In this document: one piece after another, positions 11,681-24,600 of the stretch
How the letters are laid out: each line of letters begins with the position of its first letter
Position numbering within the stretch: position 1 is the stretch's first letter
Source: Felis catus
Lineage: Eukaryota
Length of the DNA: 64,000 nt
NCBI RefSeq assembly: GCF_018350175.1
Contig: NC_058368.1
Location: forward strand, 83,330,001 to 83,394,000
Direction of reading: 5' to 3'
Notes under the pieces: generated by a model
The model's input: only the letters and a program-made list of their open reading frames with translations
What the model was told of the DNA's origin: nothing
The model's database searches: none
Translations under genes and position numbers: made by a program

Positions 11681-14600
11681 AATAAAAGGAAGGATAATAA
11701 CCATATGATGCTCTCAATAAATGCAGTAAAAATATTTCACAAAGCACAACATCCATTCTTGATATAAAGTCCTCAAAGAAGTAGGGTTAGAGGGAACATA
11801 CCTCAACATAATAAAGACCATATGTGAAAGCCAGTAGCTAATAACATCCTCAATAGGGGGAAAAATGACAGTTGTTTCCTTCAAGATCAGGAGACACAGG
11901 GATGTCCTCTCTCAAGACTGTTATTTAACATAATACTGGAAGTCCTAGCCTCAGAGAGAAGAGGCGTTCAGACAACAAAAAGAAATAAAATACATCCAAA
12001 TTTTTAAAGAAGTCAAGCTTTCTTTGCAGATGACATAATACTTTATATAGAAAACACAAAAGACTCCACCAAAAAATTACTAGACCTGAAACATGAATTC
12101 AGTATAGTCACAGGATACAAAATCAACCTATAGAAACCAGTTACATTTCTATACACCAACAATAAAGCAGTAGAGAAAATTAAGGAATCAATTACATTTA
12201 CAATTGCACCAAAAACCATAAGATACCTAGGAATAAACCTAACCAAAGAGGTCAAAGATCTGTACTCTGAAAACTATAAAACACTGATGAAAGAAATTGA
12301 AGAGGACACAAAGTAATGGAAAAAATATTTTGTGTTCATGGATTGGAAAAAAATGTTTTTTAAATGTCTGTATTACCCAAAATGATCTACATGTTTAATG
12401 CAATGCCTATCAAAACCTATCAACAACACCTTTCAGAGAACTGGAACAATCCTAAAATTTGTATGGAACCAAAAAAGACTCCAAATATCCAAAGCAATTT
12501 TAAAAAAGAAAAGCAAAACTGTAAGCATCACACTACCAGACTTCAACTTATATTACATAACTGCAGTGATCAAAATAGTCGGTACTGGCACAACAACAAC
12601 AACAACAACAAATAGGTCAATGGAACAAAACAGAAAACCCACAAAATGAGCCCACAACTACACAATGACATGGTCAATTCATCTTTCTCAAAACAAGAAA
12701 GAATATATATTGGGAAAAAAGAGTCTCTTCAACAAATAGTTTTGGGACAACTGGACAACAAAAGGCAAATTAATGAAACTGGATTACTTTCTTACACCAC
12801 ACACAAAAATAAATTAAAAATGCATTAAAGACCTAAATGTGAGACAGGAAACCCTTAAAATATGAATGAAGAAAACAGGCAGTAACCCATTTAACATTGT
12901 CCATAACAACTTCTTACCAGTTCTGTCTTCTGAGGCTAAGGAAACAAAAGCAAATATAAATGATTTAGACTTCATCAAAATAAGAAGCTTCTGCACAGCG
13001 AAGTAAATAATCAACAAAAGTAAAAGGTAACTTATAGAATGGGAGAAGATATTTGAAAATCACATATCTGATAGAGGGTTAGTATCCAAAGTCCATAAAA
13101 AAATTATAAAATTTAACACCCAAAAAACCCCAAATAATCCAGTTTTTAAAAATGGGGAAAAGACATCTAGATGGCCAAAACACACATGAAACAATATTCA
13201 ATATCACTCATATCAGGGAAATACAGATCAAAACTACAATTAGATGTCACCTCACAAATGTCAGAATGGCTAAAATTAACAACACAAGAAATAAGTGTTG
13301 GTGAGGATGCAAAGAAAAGGGAACCCTCTTACACTGTTGGTAGGAATTGAAACTGGTGCACTCTGGAAAACAATATGGACGTTCCTCAAAAAGTTAAAAA
13401 GAGAACCACCCTATGATACAGCAATTGTACTCCTAGGTATTTACCTAAATGATACAAAAATGCAGCTTCTAAGGTGGACATGCACCCTGATGTTTGCAGG
13501 ATCATTCTCTACAATAGCCAAACTACGGAAAGAGTTCAAACATCCATCAACTGATGATGGATGGATAAAGAATACGAGGCATATATATGCAATGGAATAT
13601 TAACCACAAAAAATAATAATATCTTACCATTTGCAAGGACAGGGATGGAGTTTACGCTAAGCAAAATAAGTTAGACAAATAAAAATACCATATGATTTCA
13701 CTCACATATGGAAGAAACAAAACAAATAGGTGGGAAAAAAAGAGGAAAACCAAGGAAGAGACTTTTAACTAGGGAAAGCAAAATGATGGTTACCAGAGAG
13801 GAGGTGGGGTGGGGGTGGCTTAAATAGGTGATGGCTTCAATGGGGATTAAGAAATGCACTTGTTACGAGCACTGGCTGTTGTATGAAACTATTGAATAAC
13901 AAAACTCTACATTGAAACTAATATTACACTGCATGTTGGCTGACTGAAATTTCAATAAAAACTCAAAAAAAAAAAACTGGAGCAAGGGAGTGATATCCTT
14001 ACTTTCACAGATTAAATAATATAAGTCTAACATAATAGTGTATTGCATTGATAAATGAAACATAACTAAAATATATGAAGAAAATATTTAAGTACAAGAG
14101 AATCATCTGAAGTTTTCAAATTAGCAGATTTTAGAAATATGGACACATGCAAAGAAGTTACATGAAAACCTTTTCACATTTAATACTTATTACATATTCT
14201 TAAATGAAGTAATATTATTTTTAAAATGCTAATAAAACAAAAAATAATCTTTGAAAAATTTCAACAATAACTTCAGAGAATTGTATAAGAAACCTTAAAA
14301 GTTAGGTTTATCTTCTAGATAAACAAACAATTTGAATAAACTGTGATACCTATCATGTTTCTCATAGAAACTCTCAACATTTAGCAGTATCAATTATTTC
14401 TAAATGTATTTTGATTTTCTAACCAAAATTATAAACAAAATGTTTAAAAATCAGCTATTTACAAAATTAAACTTCTAATCATTTGTACATTTTGAAGATA
14501 AACATACTGTGACCAAAATAATTAATTGCTAAAAATTAATCTGAGTCAAACAAAAAGAAGTAATTCAGTAATAGATCAACAGAGTAAAGGAATTATATGG

Positions 14601-15416
14601 AAACAACCTTATCTATACAATCCTCTAATAAAAAACAATGGTCACACCTTTTGTCCCATTGCTTTTTCTATACACTGTTCATCTCTAAACCCATATCTTC
14701 AAACCTTTCCTCCTCATTAATGACTCAAAACTCTAGTGGTCCTGCATTATCTCCGCTACATGTGTCCTAGGCAATTCAAGACCCAAACTCTTAGTTTCAA
14801 GTTTCCTGTAACCAGCACAACCCCCAATATCCTGAGCGCATCCATAGCACTACAACTTCACCTCCTCCATTATCACCTCCTTGCCCAGCCCCCACATTTC
14901 TCACCAGGACTCTTGTTGAAACCCCTTCTTGCATTTTGTCTCTCTGGATTTATTCTCCACTATGCCTCCAATGATAGTCACACAGCTAAGTCCTATCATC
15001 TCTTTTCTTTCAATCTTCCAATGATATCTTATGGTGGGGCTTAACAATAGCTAGGAAGAGCTTAAGTTCTAAGGGCCCTCATTCTCTGGTGGCTGTGCCA
15101 ATACTGACAGTTTCAGGGAGTTCTAGAATATAAAGGTAAGGAGAGGAAATCATTCTGAATTAAGGATACAAGACAATGTGAGCAGATCTGGTAACTGTTT
15201 TAGAAGATATGGATCACTACTGACCAATACTTGAATATTATTTCCTTTCTTTTCTAAACCCACATCCACTCTTGTGTGTTTTGTATATGGACATTTTTAT
15301 TCCATTCCATTCCTTAAACATGATTTGATTATTCCTGGTCCTTCCGAAACCCCTCACTATTTTTTTTTTTTTTACTTTTTTCATGTTTTTTGTTTGTTTG
15401 TTTGTTCTGCTTTCCA

Positions 15417-15449
<33 letters not shown>
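15417..15449. repeat. (TG)n microsatellite
   Basis: Direct reading. Confidence 0.95.
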
Positions 15450-15452
<3 letters not shown>

Positions 15453-16290
15453 ATGATTCAGTATTTGTGTACATTTGAAATTATCACCACAATAAGTCCA
15501 ATTAACATCAATCACCATGAAGAGTGACAGTCTTTTCTTGTGATGAGTACTTTTAAGATCTGCTCTCTTAGCAACTTCCAACTATGCAATGCATTATTAT
15601 TAACTATAGTTACTATGCTGTACATTACATTATTTATTTTATACATTATTTATTTTATAATTGTAATTTTGTACCTTTTTATCACCTTTACCCATTTCAC
15701 CCCCCTCCTCCACTCTTCCTACCAACCCTGCCCTGCTTGTGTTCTTTGTATCTATGTTTTTTGTTAGTTTGGATTGTTTTGTTTCATTTTGTTTTAGATT
15801 ACACATATAAGTAAGATTATATGGTATATATCTTTCTCTGAGTTATTTCATTTAGCATAATACCCTCAAGGTCCATCCATATTATTGGAACTGAAAGGAT
15901 TTCCTTCTTCATAATGGCAGATAAGTATTCCATTGTATTATATACTGCCTCTTCCTTATCCATTCATCCATCTATGAACACTGTGGTTGTTTCCATGTCT
16001 TAGCTACTGTAAACTAATGCTGCAATGAACATGAAGGTGTTCATTAATAATTAGTGATCTAATTAATAATTTCTTTTTGAATTAGTGCTTTTAGCACCTT
16101 TGACTATATTCCCAGAAGTGGAATTGCTGGATCATTTGGTAGTTCTATTTTTAATTTTGAGGAGAACTTTGGAAAAAATTGGAAAAAATACTGTTTTCCA
16201 TAGCAGCTAAATCAGTTCACATTCACACGAATAGTGAACAAGAGCTCTCTTTTCTCTATATCAATGCCAACACTTGTTATTTCTTGCCTT
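15450..16290 (-). mobile_element. Old L1 3' end (L1MA/L1_Carn-like)
   Basis: Reverse-strand L1 3'UTR and ORF2 C-terminal sequence (cattcatccatc, gaagtggaattgctggatc). Confidence 0.8.
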
Positions 16291-16820
16291 TTTTTTTCTT
16301 TTCAAAAATTTTACTAAATTCTAGTTAGTTAATATACAAGGAAATATTAGTTGCAGGAGTAGAATTCAGTGATTCATCACTTATATACAACACCCAGGGC
16401 TCATCATAACAAGTGCCCTCCTTAGGACCCATCACCTACCTAGCCCATCCCTCACCCACTTCTCTCCATCAACCTTCAGTTTGTTCTCTATCTTTAAGAG
16501 TTCTTATGATTTGTTTCCCTCTCTCCCCCACATCCTGATATGTTCATCTGTTTTATTTCTTAAATTCCACATGAATGAAATTATATGGTATTTGTTTTTC
16601 TCTAATTGACTTATTTTGCTTGGCATAATAAATTCAAGCTCCATCCACATCATTGAAAATGGAAAATTTCATTCTTTCTGATGGTTGAGTAATATTGCAT
16701 TGTATGTATACCACATCTTCTTTATCCATTCATCTGTCAGTGGACATTGGCTCTCCATAGTTTGGCTATTGTTGATAATGCTGTTATAAAATCAGGATGC
16801 ATATACCCTTATGGGTCTGC
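16291..16820 (-). mobile_element. Carnivore L1 3' end fragment
   Basis: T-tail then gtgattcatcacttatatacaacacccag...; reverse complement of the L1 3'UTR type seen at 48700-48990. Confidence 0.85.
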
Positions 16821-17375
16821 ATATTTTTATAACTTAGCTCCTCATTATTAATGTTAATGTATCAAGCAAAATAAAAAATACTTCACCAAAATATCAAAGC
16901 CAAAAAATGTGCTTTTTACTAGTCAAAGTAATTGTACTTTATGCAGAATATATATACACAAACTCTGAAAAGAAATAAAATATACAAATATGTAAAAGGA
17001 GATTTCACAGAATTACTAGTTATAAAGATAAACATGAAAAATCATATAAACATGTAAATAATCAAGAAAAGCAAATTAAACAAGGGCATATCTATCAAAT
17101 TGGCTGAGGTGAAAAAACACCAAATTCAGTGCTAGTGCAGGTAAAGTTTGATGCACAATTTCTGAATGATTTTGAAAAATAATTCGATTTTGGATATTAA
17201 GAACCTTTCAAATTTTTATACCTTATAATAAATTATCTTAGTAAAAATTGCATTCAGAAAAATTTTTCCATATAAACTATTTCAGCAATGGTTAATTTAG
17301 AAAGTTGGTCAGAGATTAATTATTTAATATTAGAGGTGTTGTAATGTGGTATAATTTATTTCATGGATATCAACC

Positions 17376-17559
17376 TGTGGGGGGCCAGGCCCCAGTGCCA
17401 GGCTGAGACCAGGTCAAGCAATGTTCCCTGTTGACTCAGCCAACCCAGTGGTTCCCCCTCCCATTCATGTGGGAGGCTGGGCCCCGGTGCCAGGCTGAGA
17501 CCGGGTCGAGCAACGTTCCCTGTTGACTTAGCCAACCCGGTGGTTCCCCCTCCCATTCC
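17376..17559 (+). repeat. 92-bp tandem duplication at LTR 5' end
   Basis: 17376-17467 versus 17468-17559: 82/92 identical by manual alignment. Confidence 0.95.
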
Positions 17560-17988
17560 CCCACTTTCAAGGGCATACAAAAGCCTTGTCAAGGCTGAGA
17601 AAGTTAATTCCTGAAGCCTGTGGTCTGCAGGTGTTGGCAGTAATGCTACCTCCCCTTTTTCTACCCCGAGTCAGATAGAAACAAACATGGGAATTGTGTT
17701 TTGCTAGCAATCTTATCAACAAGGTCTTGTGACCCGTCTAGAAAATGCACAAGGAACACAGAACTAAATGTTTTGGTTGGCAGCGATTATGTGAAGCCTG
17801 TTTATTCTTAGAATGGCCTGACCCATAAGAGTCTGGATATAAAAGATTGTGTACAGCAACAATAAGCCGTCACTTGGGCCATCAGCCCAGGGGACGCTCC
17901 TGTTCCCAAACTTTCTTCTCTGTCTTTTTTCTTGCATTCCCCTACCCTCAGGACCCTGACCTCGGTGTTTGTTGCGCCGGTCACGACA
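17376..17988 (+). mobile_element. Solo LTR (probably ERV2/ERVK class)
   Basis: TG...CA termini; 6-bp TSD tcaacc at 17370-17375 and 17989-17994; TATAAAA at 17838; aataag at 17861; GC-rich relative to flanks. Confidence 0.88.
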
Positions 17989-18279
17989 TCAACCTCGTTG
18001 GTGAGAGTCCAGTCACATACAACCACTTTACACATCTGAAACTGAAGATATTTAATGCAAAACATTGGTGACAGAGAAGGCAAAGCACTGGGGTGGATTG
18101 GGAAGCTGGGAGGGGAGTATTGTCATCAAAAGCAAGGAGTGCTCACCTGCCACTGGAACCCCATGTTTTCCTTACTGCTGAGCTGATGAAGACCGTATTC
18201 TGGGGATACTTTTGTGACCCTTCCCTTCTAATGCACAGAAAATCAGATGCTGAGGTATTGGAGTCCAAAGCTTGAATCC

Positions 18280-18860
18280 TCTAGTTAATATACAGTGTAA
18301 TATTAGTTTTACATGTAGGATTTGGTGATTCATCACCTAAATACAACACTCAGTGCTCATCACAACAAATGCCTTCCTTAATACCCATCACACATTCAAC
18401 CCATCCTCCACCCACCTCCCCTCCAGCAACCTTCAGTTTGCTTTCTTTCTTAAAGTCTGTTTTATGGCTTCCCTTTATGTTCTCAGCACTTTAAAATATA
18501 CAATACAAAATTATTAACTATAGTCGCCATACTCACATTAAATCCTAAGTATTTGTTAATTTATTTTATAAATAGAAGTTTTATTTTTTGACCATCTTTA
18601 CCTTTTACCCACTCTTAATCCCCCATTTCTGGCAAACACCAATATTTTCTGTGTATCTATGAGTTTATTTATTTATTTTTAATATGAAATTTATTGTCAA
18701 ATTGGTTTCCATACAACACTCAATGCTTATTAATTTAATTGCTGCTGCTGTTGCTGTTGTTTTAGGTGAGATCATATAGTATTTTTCTTTATCTTTCTGA
18801 CTTATTTCACTTATAATGCCCTCAAGTCCCATCTATGTTGTCCTAAATGGCAGGATTTAC
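18280..18860 (-). mobile_element. Cluster of L1 3'-end fragments, including a ~70-bp L1_Fc terminus at ~18663-18730
   Basis: Reverse L1 3'UTR motifs; aatatgaaatttattgtcaaattggtttccatacaacac is the reverse complement of the L1_Fc end. Confidence 0.75.
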
Positions 18861-19277
18861 GTGTGTGTGTGTGTGTGTGTGTGTGTATGTAAACTACCTT
18901 AACATACTACAAGTAATATATGAAAAATTCACAGTGAACATCATGCAGAATAATGAAAGTTTTCCTCTAAGATCTAAAGTAGTACAAGGATGTCATGTTC
19001 ACCACTTTTATTAAACATAGTACTGGAAAATTGAACCAGAGTAATTAGACAAGACAAAGAAATAAATGCATCTACTTTGTTAAGAAATATATAGCATTAC
19101 CTTTATACACAGATGATAAGTTCTTATATGCAGAAAAGCTTAAAGGATACATAAATAATTTTAGCTAATAGAAATCCAAAAAAGTAAAATGATTCAAATT
19201 CAATACACAAAACTAAGTACATCTCTATAACAATGATCAATCCCAAAGCAATTTAAAAATTTTTAATATTTATTTTT

Positions 19278-19491
19278 TTTAATTTTTTTTCAACGTTTAT
19301 TTATTTTTGGGACAGAGAAAGACAGAGCATGAATGGGGGAGGGGCAGAGAGAGGGAGACACAGAATCGGAAACAGGCTCCAGGCTCTGAGCCATCAGCCC
19401 AGAGCCTGACGCGGGGCTCGAACTCACGGACCGCAAGATCATGACCTGGCTGAAGTCGGACGCTTAACCGACTGCACCACCCAGGCGCCCC
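19278..19491 (-). mobile_element. Young felid SINEC nested in the tail of an older SINEC
   Basis: TSD taatatttattttt on both sides. Confidence 0.95.
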
Positions 19492-19704
19492 TAATATTTA
19501 TTTTTGAGAGAGAGATAGAGAGAGGGAGAGAGAGAGAGAGAGCTCATGAGCGGGGAGGGGCAGAGAGAGAGGGAGACATAGAATCAGAAGCAGGCTCCAG
19601 GCTGTCAGCAGAGAGCCCCGTGCGGGGCTGGAACTCACTAACTGTGAGATTATGACCTAAGCAGAAGTCAGATGCTTAACAGACTGAGCCACCCAGGCAC
19701 CCCC
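19492..19704 (-). mobile_element. Older SINEC (host; tail continues at ~19255-19277)
   Basis: Reverse SINEC body ending gccacccaggcaccccc. Confidence 0.9.
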
Positions 19705-20475
19705 AAAAAGGATTTAAAAAATCCATTTACAATAGAATCAAAAATAACAAAATACTTAGGTTTTAATATAATTAATGAGGTGAATACTTTGCACAATAAA
19801 AATGACAAAATATTTCTGAAAGATATTAAAAAGGGCATAGTGAAATAAAACCTATTTTCATGGGTTGCAACACTTATTAAGATGGTGATACTAACCAAAG
19901 CAATCTGCAAATTCAATGCAATTCTATAAAAATATTAATGATGATTTTCATACAAATAGAAGACCTACTCTAAAATTCTTCTAAAATTTCAAGTGACTCC
20001 AAGTAGACTAAATAATCCCAGAGAAGAACAAAGCAGGAAGACCCACACTTCCTGATTCAAATTACTACAAACCTACTGCAATAAAAGTTTGATACTGACA
20101 TAACGCCAGACACATATGCCACTGGAATGGAGTAGAGAGCCCAGAAATAAATTCTTACATAAATGTTAAAATTCTTTTTCAAGGAAACAAAGATCATTCA
20201 ATGGGGAAAAGGGAGTGTTTTCAAAAATGTTGGAACAATGGCCATCCAAAAGCAAAATAATGAGGTTGGGCCCTTATGTAATGTCATATGCCAAAAAATA
20301 GTGCAAAATTAAGCAAATACCTAAATATAAAATTTAAAACTACACAACTTTTAGAAAAAAAAACAGAAAAATAACTAGGAAAACAGACATTGGGTTTGAC
20401 AATGTTTCTTGAAATGACACCAGACATAGACAACAAAAGAAAACTAGAAAAAATGAATTTTTAAAAATTTGCTTT

Positions 20476-20670
20476 GGGGGCACCTGAGTGATAGTTGGGC
20501 ATCTGACTTCTGCTTAGGCCATGATTTCATGGTTCGTGAAATTGAGCCCTGAACTGGGCTCACTGCTGTCAGTGCAGACCCAGCATTGGATCCTCTGTCC
20601 CCTTCTCTCTGCCCCCCCTCACATCCTCTCTCTCTCTTTCTCTCTCTCTCTCAAAAATAAATAAACATTT
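20476..20670 (+). mobile_element. SINEC, older
   Basis: gggggcacctgagtg head, CT tract, aaaataaataaa. Confidence 0.85.
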
Positions 20671-20829
20671 TTTGAAGTGTACTTTAATAGTGAATACAAA
20701 AAAATTAAATAACAACCTACCAAACTGGAGAAAATAATTTAAAATCACATACCTGATTAAAGACTAATATTCAGAAGTTACAGTGTAATGCTAAAATACA
20801 GCAATACAAACACAAACAACCTGATTTTT

Positions 20830-21040
20830 TAATGTTTACTTATTTTTGAGAGAGAGAGACACAGACAGAGAGAATGAAAGTGGGAGAGGGGCAGAGAGAG
20901 AGGGAGACACAGAATCCAAAGCAGGCTCCAACCTCTGAGCTGTCAGCACAGAGCCTGACGTGGGGCTGGAACTCATGAACGGTGAGATCATGACCTGAGC
21001 TGCAGTTGGATGATTAACCAAGTGAGCCACCCAGAGCCCC
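20830..21040 (-). mobile_element. SINEC
   Basis: TSD caacctgattttt at 20817-20829 and 21041-21053. Confidence 0.92.
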
Positions 21041-21692
21041 CAACCTGATTTTTAAGATAAGCAAGGACTTGCATGGATATGTCTCTAAAGAAGATATGCA
21101 AATGGGCAAAAGCACATTGAAAGATGCTTATTAAAGATAGAATTAAAGATAGAATTACAATGTGATTCCACATTCCACTTATAGCTCTATGCCATAAAAT
21201 AGTGAAAGCAGGGTCTTGAAGAGATATTTATATACATATGTTTATAGCAACATTATATTTAATATTTAAAACATGGATATAAGTTTCCATTGATAGACTA
21301 ATGTTGTATATACATACAACTGAATATTAACCTTAAAATGAAGGAATTTCTGTAATATGCTGAAGCATGGATGAACTTTGACAACATGCTAAGTGAAATG
21401 AGCCAGTCATAAAAATCCAAACCTGTATTATTTCACTTATTATGAAGCAATTAGAGTATTCAAATATATAAAGCATAATGGTGATTGCCAGGGTGTGGGG
21501 GAAAGGAGATATTGGGAGTTATTACTTAATGGGTATTGAATTACAAATCTACAAGATGAAGAGTTCTGGAGATAGTGCTGAACGTAGAACAACAAATGGA
21601 ATATACTCAATACCATCAAACTGTATGCTTTAAAATGGTTGAGATGATATATTTTCTGTTATGTATATTTTATCAAAATAAAAATGGAGAAA

Positions 21693-24600
21693 ATATTTCC
21701 CTTGGAAGGAGGGCCAACATGGCAGACAAGGAGGATCCACACTTCCCCTGTCTCTCAAAGAAGAGCTGAAGCCAAAGGACTTTGAACCCTAGGAGTGTGG
21801 GAGAAAAAAAGACCGAGTCTATCAGGGAGACACCGGGACAACCTGAGGACCATAGGTGGGTGATTGTGAACTGGGAGATGTGAAATGGGCCCGTAGGCAC
21901 GGAGGGGAGGGATCCCCTTCTGCCGAGAGACAAAGAGAAGAGAAAGAGTGGCTGGGAAAGCATAGGACTGGATCTGAACAAGAGAAAAAAAACTTTGGGC
22001 CTGGAAAGAGAGTGATCCCATCTCTAACTGCAGGTTAGAGGATCTCTAACTGCAAATCCCATCTTGGGACTGGGGGTGGCTGCCCTGTTTACACACCTGG
22101 GGAGCAGGGGAGCCACCTCTGGATTCAGTGGTAGATCAGGGACACACTCTGCAGCAGCAGAAACCAGTAGCTTCCCCTGAAGTGCTGTGGCACAGGACAA
22201 AACCAGCCAGGACACATACCAGGAGGGCCTTCCCTGGTACTAGGGAGCACAGCACAGGAGTTTATTTATTTATTTATTTATTTTTAAATTTTTTTTTTCA
22301 ACGTTTATTTATTTTTGGGACAGAGAGAGACAGAGCATGAACGGGGGAGGGGCAGAGAGAGAGGGAGACACAGAATCGGAAACAGGCTCCAGGCTCTGAG
22401 CCATCAGCCCAGAGCCCGACGCGGGGCTCGAACTCACGGACCTCGAGATCGTGACCTGGCTGAAGTCGGTCGCTTAACCGACTGCGCCACCCAGGCGCCC
22501 CAGCACAGGAGTTTAAATCCCAGCCAAGTTCTGGGGCAAAGGAGTTGGTGGAGCGAGACAGACAGCAACACAGTGAGGATGGATCCAAAGGAGAGATTTG
22601 GGACACCATGTCATGGAGAAGAGACTTGGGGGGGGGCCGCCATTTTTCTCCCCACCACCACCAAGGAGGGGCCTCAGGGATTGGCCCACAGTACCCAGAG
22701 TAGAAGCAGGACCAGCCTACACCAAATGACACCCCTCTGCACCAGGTAACTGTGTATCTACTGGAGCAGGATAGATGCTGTGGAACTAGATCAACTCCTC
22801 CTCCAGATCCGCACTGCTGCATGCCTGGATTAATTCTAGGACAATTTTTGATATATAGATATATTCTCCCCCCTTTCTCCTTATCTCTTCCCTCCTCTAA
22901 GCTGGTTACTCTGCTTATTGCTTTGTTTAAACAGACATATTTAATCCATTCTCTTGATACTTGTTCTACATCTCCTTCTTGCATTCCTTTTTCTTCTCTC
23001 TGGAATAATCAAGCAGTATAGTTTATCTGTCTAGGTAAAATTATCCTCCTTTCTTTTTCCCTGCCTCCTTTCTTATTTTCCTTTCTTTCTGTGTGGATTA
23101 AGGCTTTTAGTCTCTCTGCCTGCTCAATGTTTATTTTTTTCTTTTACCCCAGCCCTGTAATTCCTCTCTTTGTATGTGCTCTTCCATCAGCACTGCTTCC
23201 ACCCTGTTCTTTACTTGTATCTGGTGTTTCTGGTTTTTTGCTTTTGGATTGTTTCTAGTTTTTAGTTTTTGTTTGTTTCTTTGTTTTATTTGTTTGTGTG
23301 TTTGCGTGCTTTTGTTTCCTATTTATCTGTCCATTTGTATTACTTTCCAGGATGACTTTAAGAAAAAAATCAAAGCACACCTCATGGAAGGTCCAAAACA
23401 TCACTATCAGTAGGGAAATAAAATAATCAAAGTAACAAAATGACAACAGAGAGCAAGTAACACTCCCCAAAAAACACCTCCTGAAGAGCAAGGCCTTGAA
23501 CGGTGTATATATCCACCCCCCCCCCCGCTTTAATATAGCAGTGCTCAGAGGTGCAGAGCACATAACAAACTTTTAAAACTCATAAGGGACAGAAAACTAG
23601 CCAAAATGATGAAACGGAAGAATTATCCTCACAAGAAATTCCAGGAAGAGGTGACAGGTAAAGAATTGTTCAAAACAGATTTAAGCAAGTGAACTGAACA
23701 AGAATTTAGAATAATGATCATAAAATTAATCACTAGGCTTGAAAAAAAAGCATAGAAGATAGCAGAGAATCTATTACTGCAGAGATCAAGGAACTAAAAA
23801 ATAGTCATGATGAATTAACAAATGTTATAAATGGGATGCAAAATGAAATGGAGGAGACCGCAGCATGGATTGAAGAGGCAAAGGGGAAAATAGGTGAATT
23901 AGAAGATAAAATTATGGAAAAAGAAGCTGAGAAAAAGAGATAAAAAAAAATCCAAGATCAAGAGGGAAGAATTTAGAGAACTAAGTGATGTAATCAAACA
24001 GAACAATATCTGTATCATAGGAATTCCAAAAGAAGAAGAGAGAGGGAAAGGGGCTGAACATGAACAAATCATGAACAAATCATAGCTGAGAACTTCCCCA
24101 ATCTGGGGAAGGAAACAGGCAGTAAATCCAAGAAGCACAGAGAACTCCCTTCAGATGTAACTACTGCTAGAAATCTACCTGAAGGATACAGGAAAAGTGG
24201 ATGCATAGGGGTACAGGTACCCTAATGTTTATAGCAGTACTTTCAACAATAGCTAAATTATGGAAAGAGCCTAAATGTTCATCAACTGATGAATGGATAA
24301 ATAAGATGTGGTATATATGTGTATACACACACACACACACACACACACACAATGGTATACTACTTGGCAATAAGAAAGAATGAAATCTGCCCTTTTGCAG
24401 CAATGTGGATGGAACTGGAAGGTATTAGGTTATGTGAAAAAATCCAGCAGAGAAAGACAGATACTATATATTTCCACTCATATGTAGATCTTGAGAAACT
24501 TAACAGAAGACCATGGGGGAGGAGAAGGAGAAAAAAAATTACAGAGAAGGAGGGATGCAAACCATAAGAGACTCTTGGATACCCAGAACAAACTGAGGGG

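Larger units (their letters stand above)
6262..13977 (+). mobile_element. Older near full-length carnivore L1 (ORF1 largely deleted), host to nested insertions
   Basis: 5'UTR start (ggctaaggtggcagcatagtagctgaaccct), degraded ORF2 (DTLDQMDLT, HILGHK motifs; tttgcagatgac FADD at ~12023), 3'UTR and A-tail at 13965-13977. Confidence 0.9.
18890..21690 (+). mobile_element. Old eutherian L1 (L1MB-like), ORF2 3' half and 3'UTR, degraded
   Basis: Degenerate RT region (acagatgataag), C-terminal ORF2, and 3'UTR (catggatgaactttgacaacatgctaagtgaaat). Confidence 0.8.

Noticed and set aside
14700..15030. Possible L2 remnant
   Set aside because: Similarity too faint to support by eye.
16860..16995. Minus-strand acceptor ttttatttcttttcag
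   Set aside because: All three frames close within ~50 nt and there is no convincing donor.
17376..17559. CRISPR-like or satellite repeat
   Set aside because: Only two adjacent copies, no spacers, inside an LTR in mammalian DNA.
22298..22984. 228-aa minus-strand ORF
   Set aside because: Antisense L1 5'UTR read into a SINE; the GAPGWRSRLS peptide recurs in every young SINE.
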